Below are positions 11,142 through 21,410 of a stretch of DNA of 64,000 nucleotides, in pieces (the first letter of the stretch is position 1; every line of letters begins with the position of its first letter). The stretch is from Candidatus Binatia bacterium (GTDB lineage: Bacteria; Desulfobacterota; Binatia; UBA9968; JAJDTQ01), in contig OY762897.2 in NCBI GenBank assembly GCA_963666515.2, positions 2,560,001-2,624,000 on the forward strand. Direction: 5' to 3'. The notes under the pieces were generated by a model that made no database searches, was not told where the DNA came from, and was given only the letters and a program-made list of their open reading frames with translations. The position numbers and the translations under genes were made by a program.

Positions 11142-11726
11142 CTACGAGGCCGGCTTCTGAGTCCGGACGACGAAATGCGCGCGCCGGTTCTTGCGCCAAC
11201 ACTCCTCCGAGTCCGTTCCACAGACCGGGAGTTCTTCACCGTAACTGATGGTGGAAAGACGGTCCGGAGCGTTTCCCAACGTAACGAGATAGTCCTTGAC
11301 CGCCTGAGCCCTTCGAGCGCCCAGGGCAAGGTTGTATTCGTTGGTGCCCCGATTGTCCGCATGACCTTCGATCTCTACGGAGACGCCGGGGTTCTGCTTG
11401 ATCCAGTCCGAGTTGCGCTGCAGCGCGTCACGCGCCTCGGCTCCCAACTCGGAGCGGTCGAACTCGAAGTAGACGTCCTCCAGCACGCCCTGGTCCGGGG
11501 AAGTGCCTTCCTGATGGGCGACGAGGCTCCCCTGGCCCAGCCCTTGACCCGCCTCCTGCTGGCCGCTCTCCTGGGACAGAGTGCCCTCGGTGATGGCGCT
11601 GGCGTCGGTCTGGGCCCCGGCCGCCGGATCGGTCCCCTGCTCACCCGGTTCGGGCGCCGGCACACAGGAGACGAGCAGCAGCAAGGACAGGGAACAAGAC
11701 AGCGAGACAAGCGCTTTTCTCAGCAT
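11142..11726 (-). CDS. pal: peptidoglycan-associated lipoprotein
   Basis: Lipobox LVSC, VYFEFD, IEGHADNRGTNEYNLALGARRA, ISYGEE, NRRA. Confidence 0.95.
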   Translation of the reverse strand: MLRKALVSLSCSLSLLLLVSCVPAPEPGEQGTDPAAGAQTDASAITEGTLSQESGQQEAGQGLGQGSLVAHQEGTSPDQGVLEDVYFEFDRSELGAEARDALQRNSDWIKQNPGVSVEIEGHADNRGTNEYNLALGARRAQAVKDYLVTLGNAPDRLSTISYGEELPVCGTDSEECWRKNRRAHFVVRTQKPAS

Positions 11727-11819
11727 CCGTTTACTTTCTGGCCTTCCAAGGCTGGGTTGGAGCGACTGAACGAGGAGATGACGATTCAGGACTGGACGAG
11801 TCACGACTAGGAGTCAGAA

Positions 11820-13205
11820 CTACCGAAGCCGAGGCGACCACGAGGGATGTGTATCATTTGCCGTGGACCCTGTCAATCGTCTCTGGCTCTCTCCGTCACG
11901 GCGCATCGTATATATTCGACGGGAACCCGTCCGGTCCGACGTAAAGGCAATGAACCGCCCATCCGGCGACCACGACGGATCTTCGTCATTGTGCCGGTTG
12001 GAGGTGATCATCCGCTGGTCGCTGCCGTCCGGACGAATGGTGAAGATCTTCATGACGCCGTTCGACCGTCCCGCGAACGCAATCAACTCTCCGGTGGGCG
12101 ACCAGTCGGGCGACTGGTTGTAGTTGCCCTTGAACGTCAGCCGCCGGATCTTTCCGGTGGAGAGTTCGACGATGTATAGTTGAGGGGACCCGTGCCGGTC
12201 GGACACGAACGCTATCCTCCGGCCGTCGGGCGACCAGGTGGGAGAGATGTCGATGCTCGCATTCTTCGTGAGGCGCCGCACGATGGCCCCCGAGCGGTTC
12301 AGAAGGTAGAGGTCCTGGTTGCTCTGCCGTTCCAGCGGCGTGGCCAGGTACTGTCCGTCCAGCGACCAGCGGCCGCGCAGGTTCAGCCCGTCGCCCGTGG
12401 AGATGGGCGTCTCCCGGTTCGTAACGAGATCGAAGCCCATCACCTGCGGCTTGCCCGTCTTGTAGGAGAGAAAGACGAGCCCCTTGCCGTCCGGCGACCA
12501 CGACGGGAACAGGTTGATGGTCCGGTTGTTCGTTACCTTCTTCTTCTCGGTGCCGTCGAGGTGCGATACGTATATCTCCTTGAACCGGTCCCTTCCGGTG
12601 GACACGTAGGCGATCCTGGTATCGAACGCCCCCCGTACGCCGGTCAGCTTCAGGATGATCTCATCGACGAACTTGTGCGCCATTCGGCGCGCGTCCCGGA
12701 CCTCGCCCTGGTAAGCCTTTCCGAAGATCGACCGCTGCTGGAAAACGTCGTACAGCCAGAACTCGAACTTGACACGGTCGCCCCGGACGAGGAAGGCGCC
12801 CTTGACCAGCCCTTCGGCTCCTATGGTCGACCAGTCGCGAAAGTCGAAGCCGCCCAAACGGACCCCGGTTCGCTGCGGATTCTCGATGTAGGCGCCCCGG
12901 TCGATGATCTTGAACCAGCCGGAGCGGTCCAGGTCGTCCGCGATGACGTCGGCAATCCGCTCGGAAAGGCGCTCGCCGTCGTCCACGGCGCCGAGGTTCC
13001 TGAGCGGCGAAACCGCCATCCGGTAACGCTCGGCGCCCGGTCCGAGGATCAGGCCCTTGACCTGCGCCTGCACGGTCCCTGCAAACAGCCAGCAGAGCAC
13101 CAAGCCGGCGACGGTCCACCCGACCGCGCGACGCGGCCCGGTTCCAGCACTCTCCACACGTCTGCCGGCTCCATGCGATGACCGCGGTATGCTTCTTCCT
13201 CTCAT
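11820..13205 (-). CDS. tolB: Tol-Pal beta-propeller protein TolB
   Basis: Repeated PD40 P.WSPDG motifs, AHKFVDEI, AFDTRIAYV. Confidence 0.95.
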   Translation of the reverse strand: MRGRSIPRSSHGAGRRVESAGTGPRRAVGWTVAGLVLCWLFAGTVQAQVKGLILGPGAERYRMAVSPLRNLGAVDDGERLSERIADVIADDLDRSGWFKIIDRGAYIENPQRTGVRLGGFDFRDWSTIGAEGLVKGAFLVRGDRVKFEFWLYDVFQQRSIFGKAYQGEVRDARRMAHKFVDEIILKLTGVRGAFDTRIAYVSTGRDRFKEIYVSHLDGTEKKKVTNNRTINLFPSWSPDGKGLVFLSYKTGKPQVMGFDLVTNRETPISTGDGLNLRGRWSLDGQYLATPLERQSNQDLYLLNRSGAIVRRLTKNASIDISPTWSPDGRRIAFVSDRHGSPQLYIVELSTGKIRRLTFKGNYNQSPDWSPTGELIAFAGRSNGVMKIFTIRPDGSDQRMITSNRHNDEDPSWSPDGRFIAFTSDRTGSRRIYTMRRDGESQRRLTGSTANDTHPSWSPRLR

Positions 13206-13226
13206 GGTCCAAGGGTCCCTTTCGCT

Positions 13227-14345
13227 CTAGCCGTCCAGGTCGCCGGGCCGGAACGTCACCTCGACCTCCGCAAACTCGCGCGCGTAACGCGGCGGCGGCG
13301 GCCGCAGGGAAGCGCTCGCTCTCCGCACCGCCCGCACCACCGACTCGTCGTAGGACGCGTCCCCCGAGGACTTCAGCAGCTTGAGCCCGAAAACTCCCCC
13401 ATCGGCCGCGACGCCGAATCCCACCGTTACCTCCAGGTCCCTGCGTCTGCCGATCCAGGTCCAACGATCCTTTATGAGGTTCAGCATCTCGTTGCGGTAG
13501 GCCACGAACTCCATCCCCCGCAGCACATCGCCGCCGCTGCCTTTGCCGCCGGCGCCCGTCCCCTGCCCGACACGGGCCTCGCGGCGCAACCGGGCCCGCT
13601 CCCTGGCCGTGGCCACGGCGTCGTCGATACGCCGCTGTCTCAGTCTTTCGACGAGCTGCCGCTCCTTTCCAGCCTTCCGTTTCGGCTTCGGGGCCTTGGA
13701 CGCTTTCCCGGCAAGCTTCGCGGGACCCTTCGGAGCGCGTTTCGTCCGCTTGACGGCCTTCTTCGGCTTGGCGGCCTTCCTGGGCTTCACCGTCTTCTTC
13801 GGCTTGACCGTCTTCTTCTTCGGCTTTTCGGGCGCCTTCACGGCTTTCTTGACCGGGGGCGCCTCCTTGACCTTCGGCTTCGGCGGCTTCTTCGCCTGTT
13901 TCTTCTTCGGCGGCGGGACCTGCTTCTCGGAAACCTTGACGCTCCTGGGCGGCTCCGGAACGACCGTCTCCAGGAGAGCCTCTTCCAAACCTTCTTCTTC
14001 CACGAGGGGAGAAGTCTCGACCCGCGGCGGTTCGGCCTTTCGCGGCTCGGGTTTTCGGGGAGCGGCCGGCGGCGCCGGCATGCTTCCCGCCACGATATCC
14101 ACCGTGTACACCGGGACGGGCAGGTCCCGCCGCGCCGTGCTCGTCGGCGCCGCCAGCAACGTCGCGATCAGCGCCAGATGAAGAGCGCCCGAAAAGCAGA
14201 TCCACCACCTCAGACGGTTGGCGCGCGATCCGCCAGGGCCCGGCCGGCGGTCGCCGTCTCCGGTAAGGAGCGCCCGCAAATCCCGCAACGTTCCTGAAAT
14301 GCGCTCTCGCCACATGGCCGATTCGGATCCTCCCGCTGCTCTCAC
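13227..14345 (-). CDS. tolA: TolA cell envelope integrity protein
   Basis: TM segment with S..LH, Lys/Pro/Ala-rich linker, TonB-C-like end (SSGDASYDESVVRAV); lies between tolR and tolB. Confidence 0.85.
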   Translation of the reverse strand: MRAAGGSESAMWRERISGTLRDLRALLTGDGDRRPGPGGSRANRLRWWICFSGALHLALIATLLAAPTSTARRDLPVPVYTVDIVAGSMPAPPAAPRKPEPRKAEPPRVETSPLVEEEGLEEALLETVVPEPPRSVKVSEKQVPPPKKKQAKKPPKPKVKEAPPVKKAVKAPEKPKKKTVKPKKTVKPRKAAKPKKAVKRTKRAPKGPAKLAGKASKAPKPKRKAGKERQLVERLRQRRIDDAVATARERARLRREARVGQGTGAGGKGSGGDVLRGMEFVAYRNEMLNLIKDRWTWIGRRRDLEVTVGFGVAADGGVFGLKLLKSSGDASYDESVVRAVRRASASLRPPPPRYAREFAEVEVTFRPGDLDG

Positions 14346-14761
14346 CGGTCGGTCAGAGGAAGGGCCATCATGCCGAGCTTCTCTATACCGGCGCCCTTGA
14401 TCTCACCGATGGCGGCGATCACCGACCCGTAGCGGACGTCGCGGTCCGCCCGCAGGTAAACCGGCTTTCCGGCGTCCAGTTTCCGGATGGCCTCCAGCTT
14501 GCTCCGCAGCTCGACCGGAGTGACCTCGTTGTCGTTCAGGTAGATCCGGCCCTCCCGCGAAACGGTAACGATCAGGGGCTCAGCTTCGCCCAACACCGGG
14601 CTGGCCTTGGCTTGGGGCAGGTTGACCTCCATGCCCTGCTGGATGATCGGCGCCGTCACCATGAAGATTACCAGCAGCACCAGCATGACGTCCACGAAAG
14701 GGGTGACGTTGATGTTCGACAACGGCAACTTGTCGCGCCCCTGGTTGACGTCGGCCGCCAT
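14342..14761 (-). CDS. tolR: TolR
   Basis: INVTPFVDVMLVLLVIFMVTAP, LRADRDVRYG. Confidence 0.93.
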   Translation of the reverse strand: MAADVNQGRDKLPLSNINVTPFVDVMLVLLVIFMVTAPIIQQGMEVNLPQAKASPVLGEAEPLIVTVSREGRIYLNDNEVTPVELRSKLEAIRKLDAGKPVYLRADRDVRYGSVIAAIGEIKGAGIEKLGMMALPLTDR

Positions 14762-14799
14762 GGCTCAACCTTTCTCCGTACGGACCGCCCGCGTGATTC

Positions 14800-15543
14800 C
14801 TAGGACTTCTTGGTGAAATGGCGCTCCGCGATGTTGAGGAACTCCTGAGTGAAGTTCTCCATCTCCGCGGCCAACACCCGGATCTCCTGAAGGAAATGGT
14901 TGTAGGCTATCAGCGCGGGAATCGCCGCCAGCAGGCCGGCGGCCGTGGCGACCAGCGCTTCGGCGATGCCCGGCGCGACCGCCTGGATCGTCGACGACCG
15001 GGTAACGCTGAGCCCGCGGAAGGCGTTCATGATCCCCCACACCGTGCCGAACAGGCCGATGAACGGCGTCGAACCGGAGGTCGTCGCCAGGAAGGTCAGG
15101 GTCTGCTCCAGCTTCGTCAGCTCGACGTTGGCGGCGCGTTTCATGGCCCGCGCCACGTTGTCCACCCCGCTCAGGTCGGTGGTGAGGCCTTCCGTTTCCG
15201 CGGCGCTCCGGCGGGATACCCGGAGTAACTCCTGGTACCCGGCGCTGAACACCTGCGCCACCGGGCTCGCCTCCAGCTCCCGGCTGGCTTCGTGTATGGA
15301 GGCAAGGTTGCGGCTCTCCCAGAAGATCTCGATGAACCGGGCCGACTGCTTCTTCGCCTCTCGCACGTGCCGGAACTTGAAAAGGATGATACCCCAACTG
15401 ACCACCGAAAAGAGAATCAGCAGGTAGAGCACCATCTGGACCACCGGACCCGATCCCAGGACCAGGTCGAGGATGCCCTGCTGCTCCATTCTCATGGTGT
15501 CGGGTTGAACCGCTAGCTGGTAAATCGAGAAGTACGGCATCAA
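14800..15543 (-). CDS. tolQ: TolQ (start may be 15495 or 15489)
   Basis: PFIGLFGTVWGIM, VAPGIAEALVATAAGL.AAIPA. Confidence 0.93.
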   Translation of the reverse strand: MMPYFSIYQLAVQPDTMRMEQQGILDLVLGSGPVVQMVLYLLILFSVVSWGIILFKFRHVREAKKQSARFIEIFWESRNLASIHEASRELEASPVAQVFSAGYQELLRVSRRSAAETEGLTTDLSGVDNVARAMKRAANVELTKLEQTLTFLATTSGSTPFIGLFGTVWGIMNAFRGLSVTRSSTIQAVAPGIAEALVATAAGLLAAIPALIAYNHFLQEIRVLAAEMENFTQEFLNIAERHFTKKS

Positions 15544-15585
15544 ACCGGCATCAACAGTACGGCTTCAAACCCCTGCTATCTTGAA

Positions 15586-15614
15586 AGTTTATTTTAATCG
15601 CAGTACCTAGTCAA
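15586..15614 (-). promoter_or_regulatory. sigma70-type promoter for the tol-pal operon
   Basis: TTGACT-17 nt-TAAACT in the AT-rich gap between divergent tolQ and pgk. Confidence 0.6.
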
Positions 15615-15635
15615 TTGGCCTCGCCTCGGGAAGTC

Positions 15636-16823
15636 ATGCTCCGCAACGTTTCAGAACTGGATCTGGGGGGAAAGACGGTGTTTCTCCGGGTGGACTTCAA
15701 CGTGCCCCTGGCCGACGGAGTCATCACGGAGACGCATCGCATCGACAGCTCGCTGCCGACGGTCCGTTTCCTGCTCGAGAAAGCCGCCCGCCTCATAATC
15801 GCCTCCCACCTGGGCCGGCCCGGAGGAGCGCACGACCCCCGCTGGAGCCTGGCGCCGGTGCGACGCTACCTGGAGCGGAAGCTGTCCCGGCCGGTGCGGC
15901 TCGCGCCCGACTGCGTGGGCGCCGAAGTCCGGCGGCTGCTCGCGGACCCGGAAGGAGACGGCATCGTGCTGCTGGAGAACCTGCGGTTTCATTCCGGCGA
16001 GGAAGCCAACGACCCGGAATTCGCGGCATCGCTGGCCGCCCTGGCCGACGTCTACGTCAACGACGCCTTTGGCGCCGCGCACCGGGCGCACGCGTCGACC
16101 GCGGGCATGGCCCGGCACTTCCGGGAGAAGGGCGCGGGTCTCCTGTTCCACAGGGAGGTGGACTACCTGTCGCGCATCCTGAGCGCGCCGGAGCGGCCCG
16201 TGGCCGCCATCCTGGGCGGCGCGAAGGTCTCGGACAAGATCGGCATCCTCCGCAACCTGATTCCGCGGGTGGACCGGATCCTGGTCGGCGGCGCCATGGC
16301 GTACACGTTCCTGAGCGCCCGCGGCGTAGCCGTCGGACGGTCGCTTCTGGAAAGGGATTCCCTTGCGGTCGCCAGGGACATCATGGACGGGGCGGAGCGG
16401 TCCGGAGTCCCGTTCGTGCTCCCGGTGGACCACGTGGCGGCCGGGAACGCGGCCGGCGACGGCCGTGGCGTGACCGCCGGCGCGGACATTCCCGAAGACC
16501 GCATGGGCCTCGACATCGGCCCGAAGACGGCGGCCCTGTTCGCGGACAAGCTGGCGGATGCGGCCGTGGCGCTGTGGAACGGCCCCCTGGGGCTCTTCGA
16601 ACGGGACCCCTTTCATCACGGGACGGTTTCGGTGGCTCGGGCGCTGGCGGCCTCGGACGCCACCACCGTCATCGCCGGCGGAGACACGGTGGCGGCCGTG
16701 CGGCTTGCCGGAGCCGCTGAATCCATGACACACCTGTCCACCGGAGGCGGAGCCGCGCTGGAGTTCCTCGAGGGCAGGACGCTTCCCGGCGTCCGCGCCC
16801 TGGAGGTCGCGGACCCCTTGTGA
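15636..16823 (+). CDS. pgk: phosphoglycerate kinase
   Basis: [48 protein letters not shown]. Confidence 0.97.
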   Translation: MLRNVSELDLGGKTVFLRVDFNVPLADGVITETHRIDSSLPTVRFLLEKAARLIIASHLGRPGGAHDPRWSLAPVRRYLERKLSRPVRLAPDCVGAEVRRLLADPEGDGIVLLENLRFHSGEEANDPEFAASLAALADVYVNDAFGAAHRAHASTAGMARHFREKGAGLLFHREVDYLSRILSAPERPVAAILGGAKVSDKIGILRNLIPRVDRILVGGAMAYTFLSARGVAVGRSLLERDSLAVARDIMDGAERSGVPFVLPVDHVAAGNAAGDGRGVTAGADIPEDRMGLDIGPKTAALFADKLADAAVALWNGPLGLFERDPFHHGTVSVARALAASDATTVIAGGDTVAAVRLAGAAESMTHLSTGGGAALEFLEGRTLPGVRALEVADPL

Positions 16824-17614
16824 CCATGGCAAGACGAACGGTCATAGCCAACTGGAAAATGCACGGGAGCCGGACCGAGGCTCGCGCCCTGGCGCGCGGC
16901 GTCCGGCGGCTGCTGAGCAACCGGTTCGGCGATGTCGAGGTGGTGCTGGCGCCGCCCTTGACCTCCCTAGAGGCGGTGCAGCGTACGGTCCGGGGAAGCC
17001 GCCTGCGCTTGGCCGCGCAAAACCTCCACTGGCAGCCGCAGGGAGCGTTCACCGGTGAGGTGAACGCGGACATGCTGCGCGACGCGGGTTGCAGCCACGT
17101 GATCGTGGGCCACTCCGAGCGCCGCCGGCTCTTCGGCGAAACCAACCGCGACTTCGGACGAAAGCTCGCCGCCGCCCTCGACGCCTCCCTGAAGCCGGTT
17201 CTCTGCATCGGCGAGACCCTGCGGGAGCGACGCGGCGGGCGCACGTGGCGCACGCTCTCCGCCCAGCTTTCGGGCGCGTTGAAGGGCATCCCGAAAAGTG
17301 TTAGTGGTTGTCTGGCAGTGGCTTACGAGCCGGTCTGGGCCATCGGCACGGGCAGGAACGCGGCCCCGGCGCAGGTGATGGAAGCCCACGGCTGGATCCG
17401 GCGCGCACTCGCGCGCAGGTTCGGAGCCGCGCGGGCGAAGGAGATACCCATCCTTTACGGCGGCAGCGTGAACCCCGGCAACGCCCCCGAGCTGGCTCGG
17501 GTTGCGGAGGTCGACGGCGTGCTCGTGGGGGGCGCCAGCCTCGACCATCGAAGCTTCGCAGCGATCGTAAGCGCGTTCTCGGAACAGCAGAACCAACGGA
17601 CACGAGAGACATGA
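16820..17614 (+). CDS. tpiA: triosephosphate isomerase
   Basis: [35 protein letters not shown]. Confidence 0.97.
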   Translation: MTMARRTVIANWKMHGSRTEARALARGVRRLLSNRFGDVEVVLAPPLTSLEAVQRTVRGSRLRLAAQNLHWQPQGAFTGEVNADMLRDAGCSHVIVGHSERRRLFGETNRDFGRKLAAALDASLKPVLCIGETLRERRGGRTWRTLSAQLSGALKGIPKSVSGCLAVAYEPVWAIGTGRNAAPAQVMEAHGWIRRALARRFGAARAKEIPILYGGSVNPGNAPELARVAEVDGVLVGGASLDHRSFAAIVSAFSEQQNQRTRET

Positions 17615-17958
17615 TCATCCTGGTGACAACCGTTCACATTCTCGTTTGCCTGGGCCTCGTCGTCGTGGTCCTGCTGCAAACGGGCAAGGGAACCGACATG
17701 GGCGCCGCATTCGGCGGCGGCGCGAGCACGACGGTCTTCGGCAGCAGCGGCGCGGGCAATTTCCTCACCCGGCTGACCACCGGGATGGCGGTGGTGTTCA
17801 TGCTGACCAGCCTGACGCTGGGCTACTTCGCCGAACAGAGGCCGGACGCCAGCATCTTCGAAAGCGTCACGCCCCAGGCCCAGACCGCGCCGGCCCCGGC
17901 TGACGCGCCCGCGGCGGCCAGCCCCGAGAAGCCCGCGGAACCGCCGGCTTCTCCCTGA
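17611..17958 (+). CDS. secG: preprotein translocase subunit SecG
   Basis: VVLLQTGKG.DMGAAFGGG...FGSSGAGNFLTRLT; ATGA overlap with tpiA. Confidence 0.95.
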   Translation: MIILVTTVHILVCLGLVVVVLLQTGKGTDMGAAFGGGASTTVFGSSGAGNFLTRLTTGMAVVFMLTSLTLGYFAEQRPDASIFESVTPQAQTAPAPADAPAAASPEKPAEPPASP

Positions 17959-17976
17959 ACGATGTTCGAGAGACGT

Positions 17977-18063
17977 GCGAGGATGGCGGAATAGGCAGAC
18001 GCGCTAGCTTGAGGGGCTAGTGCCAGCAATGGCGTGGGGGTTCAAGTCCCCCTCCTCGCACCA
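17977..18063 (+). tRNA. tRNA-Leu (anticodon GAG)
   Basis: Acceptor stem GCGAGGA/TCCTCGC, anticodon arm CTAGC-TTGAGGG-GCTAG, long variable arm, GGTTCAAGTCC T-loop, encoded CCA; usual position after secG. Confidence 0.95.
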
Positions 18064-18124
18064 AACCCCTCCCACCCTCCACCCACTCTCCGAGGTCCCG
18101 CGCCGGGGCCTCAGCCAGCTTCAT

Positions 18125-18424
18125 CTAATTAACCGCCCCCGCGAGGTCGTAGAGCGACGTCACGAGAAAGGCGCGCAGGAACCAGACGATGAAGATGGCG
18201 GCGATGGGAGACATGTCGATGCCGCCGAAGCTCATGGGAAGCATCTGCCTCAGCCGGTCCAGGACCGGATCGGTCAGGTTGCAAAGCATGCGCACGATGG
18301 GGTTGTAGGGATCGGCATTGACCCACGAAATCACGGCGCGCCCCACGATCACCCACACGTAGAGAGTCAAGACCGTATCGAGAAGTCCGGCGACGGCTTC
18401 CAGAAAGTTTCCTGCCACGAACAT
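18125..18424 (-). CDS. yggT: YggT family membrane protein
   Basis: ISWVNADPYNPIVR...TDPVL...GGIDMSP. Confidence 0.9.
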   Translation of the reverse strand: MFVAGNFLEAVAGLLDTVLTLYVWVIVGRAVISWVNADPYNPIVRMLCNLTDPVLDRLRQMLPMSFGGIDMSPIAAIFIVWFLRAFLVTSLYDLAGAVN

Positions 18425-18451
18425 GTCCCCCTGTCCCCGGTTAAGGCCCGC

Positions 18452-19150
18452 CTACCGCGACGGGCTCCTGGGTCCGAACAGAGCGGTGCCGACCCGCACC
18501 AGCGTCGCCCCCTCGGCTACCGCCACGGGGTAGTCGTGAGTCATCCCCATGGACAGCTCCTCCAGCGCCACGTTGGGAAGCGCAAGCTCGTTCAGCGAAT
18601 CGCGCAGTTCCCGGGTCCTTCGGAAGTACGGTCGGCCGGCTTCGGGATCTTCGGTGAACGGCGGAACGATCATCAGCCCCTTGACCCTGACGTGAGAGAG
18701 GCGGGACACCTCCCGCAACAGCGGCTCGAGACCCGCCTCGCTGACGCCTGTCTTGGTCCGCTCCCCGGCAAGGTTGACTTCCACCAGCACGTCGACGGGC
18801 CGGTCCAGTTCCCGGCCCTCATGGTCCAGCGCCCGGGCCAACCTGAGACTGTCCAGCGTCTGGATGACCGAGAACAGGCCGGCGGCGGCCCGGGCCTTGT
18901 TCCTCTGAAGATGCCCGATCAGGTGCCACTCGGCAACGTCGCCGACGGCCTCCTTCTTGGCCTGCGCTTCCTGGACGTAGTTCTCCCCCACGAGACGCAC
19001 ACCGGCCTCCACCGCAGCGCGCACCGCGAGCACGGACTGGGTCTTGGCGGCGGCGAGCAGCCTGACCTCTCGCGGGTCCCGGCCGCTCCGCTCCGCGGCC
19101 TCGGCGATTCCTTCCATGACCCGTTTGCAGTTGCCCGCGATGTCGACCAT
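18452..19150 (-). CDS. yggS: PLP homeostasis protein YggS
   Basis: LLAAAKT, GENYVQE, WHLIGHLQRNK, LSMGMTHDY, GATLVRVGTALFG. Confidence 0.95.
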   Translation of the reverse strand: MVDIAGNCKRVMEGIAEAAERSGRDPREVRLLAAAKTQSVLAVRAAVEAGVRLVGENYVQEAQAKKEAVGDVAEWHLIGHLQRNKARAAAGLFSVIQTLDSLRLARALDHEGRELDRPVDVLVEVNLAGERTKTGVSEAGLEPLLREVSRLSHVRVKGLMIVPPFTEDPEAGRPYFRRTRELRDSLNELALPNVALEELSMGMTHDYPVAVAEGATLVRVGTALFGPRSPSR

Positions 19151-19218
19151 GACCGCGCCACACCCCCGAAGCGGCTCTGAACGGACCCGGCAGCCGCCGT
19201 GCCCGCGCCGCATGCATC

Positions 19219-19227
19219 ACTATACCA
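19219..19227 (-). promoter_or_regulatory. extended -10 element for yggS
   Basis: TGG-TATAGT on the minus strand. Confidence 0.4.
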
Positions 19228-19304
19228 CAGGACCGGCGGCGCGGTCCTTACCCCGCGGCCCGCGGACTGCTAGAATCCAACGCAACCTCGGTGTCCACGC
19301 AACC

Positions 19305-21326
19305 ATGAAAACGCTCGCCTGTGGCGTCTGGGCCGTGCTGACGTGGCTGTCCGTGGCTCCCGTACACGCGGTGACGGGAGCCGAGGCGGACTTCGTCCGG
19401 GCCTACCGCCATTACTCCGAAGGGGACGACCTGCGCGCGCGACCCCTCTTCCGCAGCGCGCTGGGCGACTCCACCCTGGTCCTGAGAGACTACGCCCTCT
19501 ACTACCTCGGACGAATCGCCGCCAGAGGGGACAGGCACGAGGAGGCGCGGGACTACTTCAAGCGGTTGAAGAAGTCATACCCCCGGAGCGTCTGGTCCGC
19601 CGAAGCCTCCTTCGCGTTCGTCGAGATCGACCTGGCCCGGAAGCGCTACGAAGCGGCCGTCCGGGGCGCCGCGGCGCTCAAGAAGACAGCGTCCGGGAGA
19701 GAGGCGCGGGCCAGGGCCGCCTACTACCTCGGCCGGGCCCACGAGGCGCTGGGCAAGCACCGCAAAGCGTACAGTTACCACCAGGAGGCGCGCCGGCGGG
19801 CGCCGCGGTCGGCATGGGCCGGCCGGGCCCGGGAAAGGGTCCGGGAACTGCGGCGAGAACACCCGAAACCGCTGGGGCTTCGCGGCGGCGAGGCCATGCT
19901 GCGGGAAGGCAGGCAGCTCCGGCGCGAGCGGGACTACCCCGCGGCCGCCGACCTTTACCGGCGCATCCTTCGCGAAACCAACTTCCGCCGGCTGTCGCTG
20001 GAAGGGCTCGCCGAAGTCTACCGCAAGATGCGCCTGCGGGACGAGGAGGAGCAGGTCCTCCGCCGGTACGTCCGGCACTATCCGCAACGCGCCCAGGCCG
20101 GCGCGGCGCTCACGAGGATCGCCGTCATCCAGTGGAACCGCGACGACAACGCGGGAGCCTTGAAGACCTTGCGCACGTTCCGGAAAAAATATCCCGGACA
20201 CCTCCGAAGGCGCTTCGCCGTCTACGTCATCGGCCGCATCCATGAATCCATGGGCCGGCGCGAGGCCGCGATCCGCACCTACCGGCAGCTCTTCGCCAAG
20301 GAGCATCGCTTCAGCCGTTTCCGCAACGACGCGGCGTGGCGCCTGGGATGGATGCACTACCTTGCGTCCGACTACGCGCCGGCGAAAGCGCGTTTCCATG
20401 ACCTCGCCCGCAGGCGCGGCGCCTACAGGCCGGCGGCCGCCTACTGGGAGGCCCGCACGGCCGAGAAGCTGAAGGAGGCCGACGCCGCGGCGCGACTGTA
20501 CCGGCGCGTGGTGCGGAAGGATCCCGAGTCCTACTACGCAGTCCTGGCGGCCCGGCGGCTCGCGCGGCTCGGAGCCGCGGTCCCCGATCCTCCGCCGCTG
20601 AACGAGACCGGGCAGAAGGCCGGCGCCCCGCGGCTGGGCGAGCGCGCCCGGTTCCACTTGGCCCGGGCGCGCTCGCTCGCGCGCCTGGGGTTGAACCGCC
20701 TCGCCCATCCCGAGCTGGACCGGGTCCGCAGGCACGCGAAACGCAGCCCCGGCCTCACGCGCCTGCTCATGCGCGAGTACGCGCGGAGCCACGCCTACCA
20801 CCGCAGCCTCTCACTGGCGCTGCGGCTGCCGGCCTCGCCCGAGACGCTCCGGCTCCGATATCCGCTGGCTTACTGGGACACCGTCCGGCGGCACGCCGCC
20901 GACAACGGCGTGGACCCGTACCTGGTGCTGTCGGTGATGCGGAGGGAGAGCCGGTACAAGCCGAAAGCCGTGTCCCCCGCTGATGCGTTCGGACTCATGC
21001 AGTTGATCCGGGAAACCGCGGGCAGCGAGGCGGCGAAGATGGGCCTGCCGGAGCCTGGGACTCGGCAGCTCTTCGATCCGGAACTGAACATCAGTCTCGG
21101 GGTGCACCACCTCAAGGGGCTCCTGGAACACTACGACGGCAGCCGGGCCAAGGCGCTGGCGGCCTACAACGCTGGCAGGAGGGCGGTGGAGCGCTGGACC
21201 CGGGACCTTGGTTCCGCGGACGACCTGGAATTCATCGAGCGCATCTCCTACCGGGAGACGCGCCGTTACGTGAAGGCGGTGCTGCGCAACTACCACGCCT
21301 ACCGGACCCTGTACGGCCCGGGATAG
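19305..21326 (+). CDS. slt: soluble lytic murein transglycosylase with TPR N-terminal region
   Basis: Signal peptide, TPR-like helices, SLT motifs MRRES, GLMQL, AAYNAG, ETRRYVK. Confidence 0.88.
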   Translation: MKTLACGVWAVLTWLSVAPVHAVTGAEADFVRAYRHYSEGDDLRARPLFRSALGDSTLVLRDYALYYLGRIAARGDRHEEARDYFKRLKKSYPRSVWSAEASFAFVEIDLARKRYEAAVRGAAALKKTASGREARARAAYYLGRAHEALGKHRKAYSYHQEARRRAPRSAWAGRARERVRELRREHPKPLGLRGGEAMLREGRQLRRERDYPAAADLYRRILRETNFRRLSLEGLAEVYRKMRLRDEEEQVLRRYVRHYPQRAQAGAALTRIAVIQWNRDDNAGALKTLRTFRKKYPGHLRRRFAVYVIGRIHESMGRREAAIRTYRQLFAKEHRFSRFRNDAAWRLGWMHYLASDYAPAKARFHDLARRRGAYRPAAAYWEARTAEKLKEADAAARLYRRVVRKDPESYYAVLAARRLARLGAAVPDPPPLNETGQKAGAPRLGERARFHLARARSLARLGLNRLAHPELDRVRRHAKRSPGLTRLLMREYARSHAYHRSLSLALRLPASPETLRLRYPLAYWDTVRRHAADNGVDPYLVLSVMRRESRYKPKAVSPADAFGLMQLIRETAGSEAAKMGLPEPGTRQLFDPELNISLGVHHLKGLLEHYDGSRAKALAAYNAGRRAVERWTRDLGSADDLEFIERISYRETRRYVKAVLRNYHAYRTLYGPG

Positions 21327-21410
21327 CGGGAGGTCTCTGCACGCCAGCGCCATCAGCCGGCCCGAGCGCGCGCCGGTGGACAAATCCCTGCCGTTCTCTA
21401 TATTGACCGG

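Noticed and set aside
11848-11876. Internal pal promoter in tolB (TTGACA-17-TACACA)
   Set aside because: The -10 match is poor and the sequence is constrained by coding.
13680-13920. KPKK/KAVK repeats as a novel histone-like protein
   Set aside because: This is the ordinary low-complexity linker of TolA.
17977-18124. tRNA-Leu as an integration site
   Set aside because: No integrase nearby, no duplicate of the tRNA 3' end noticed in the window, and core genes follow directly.
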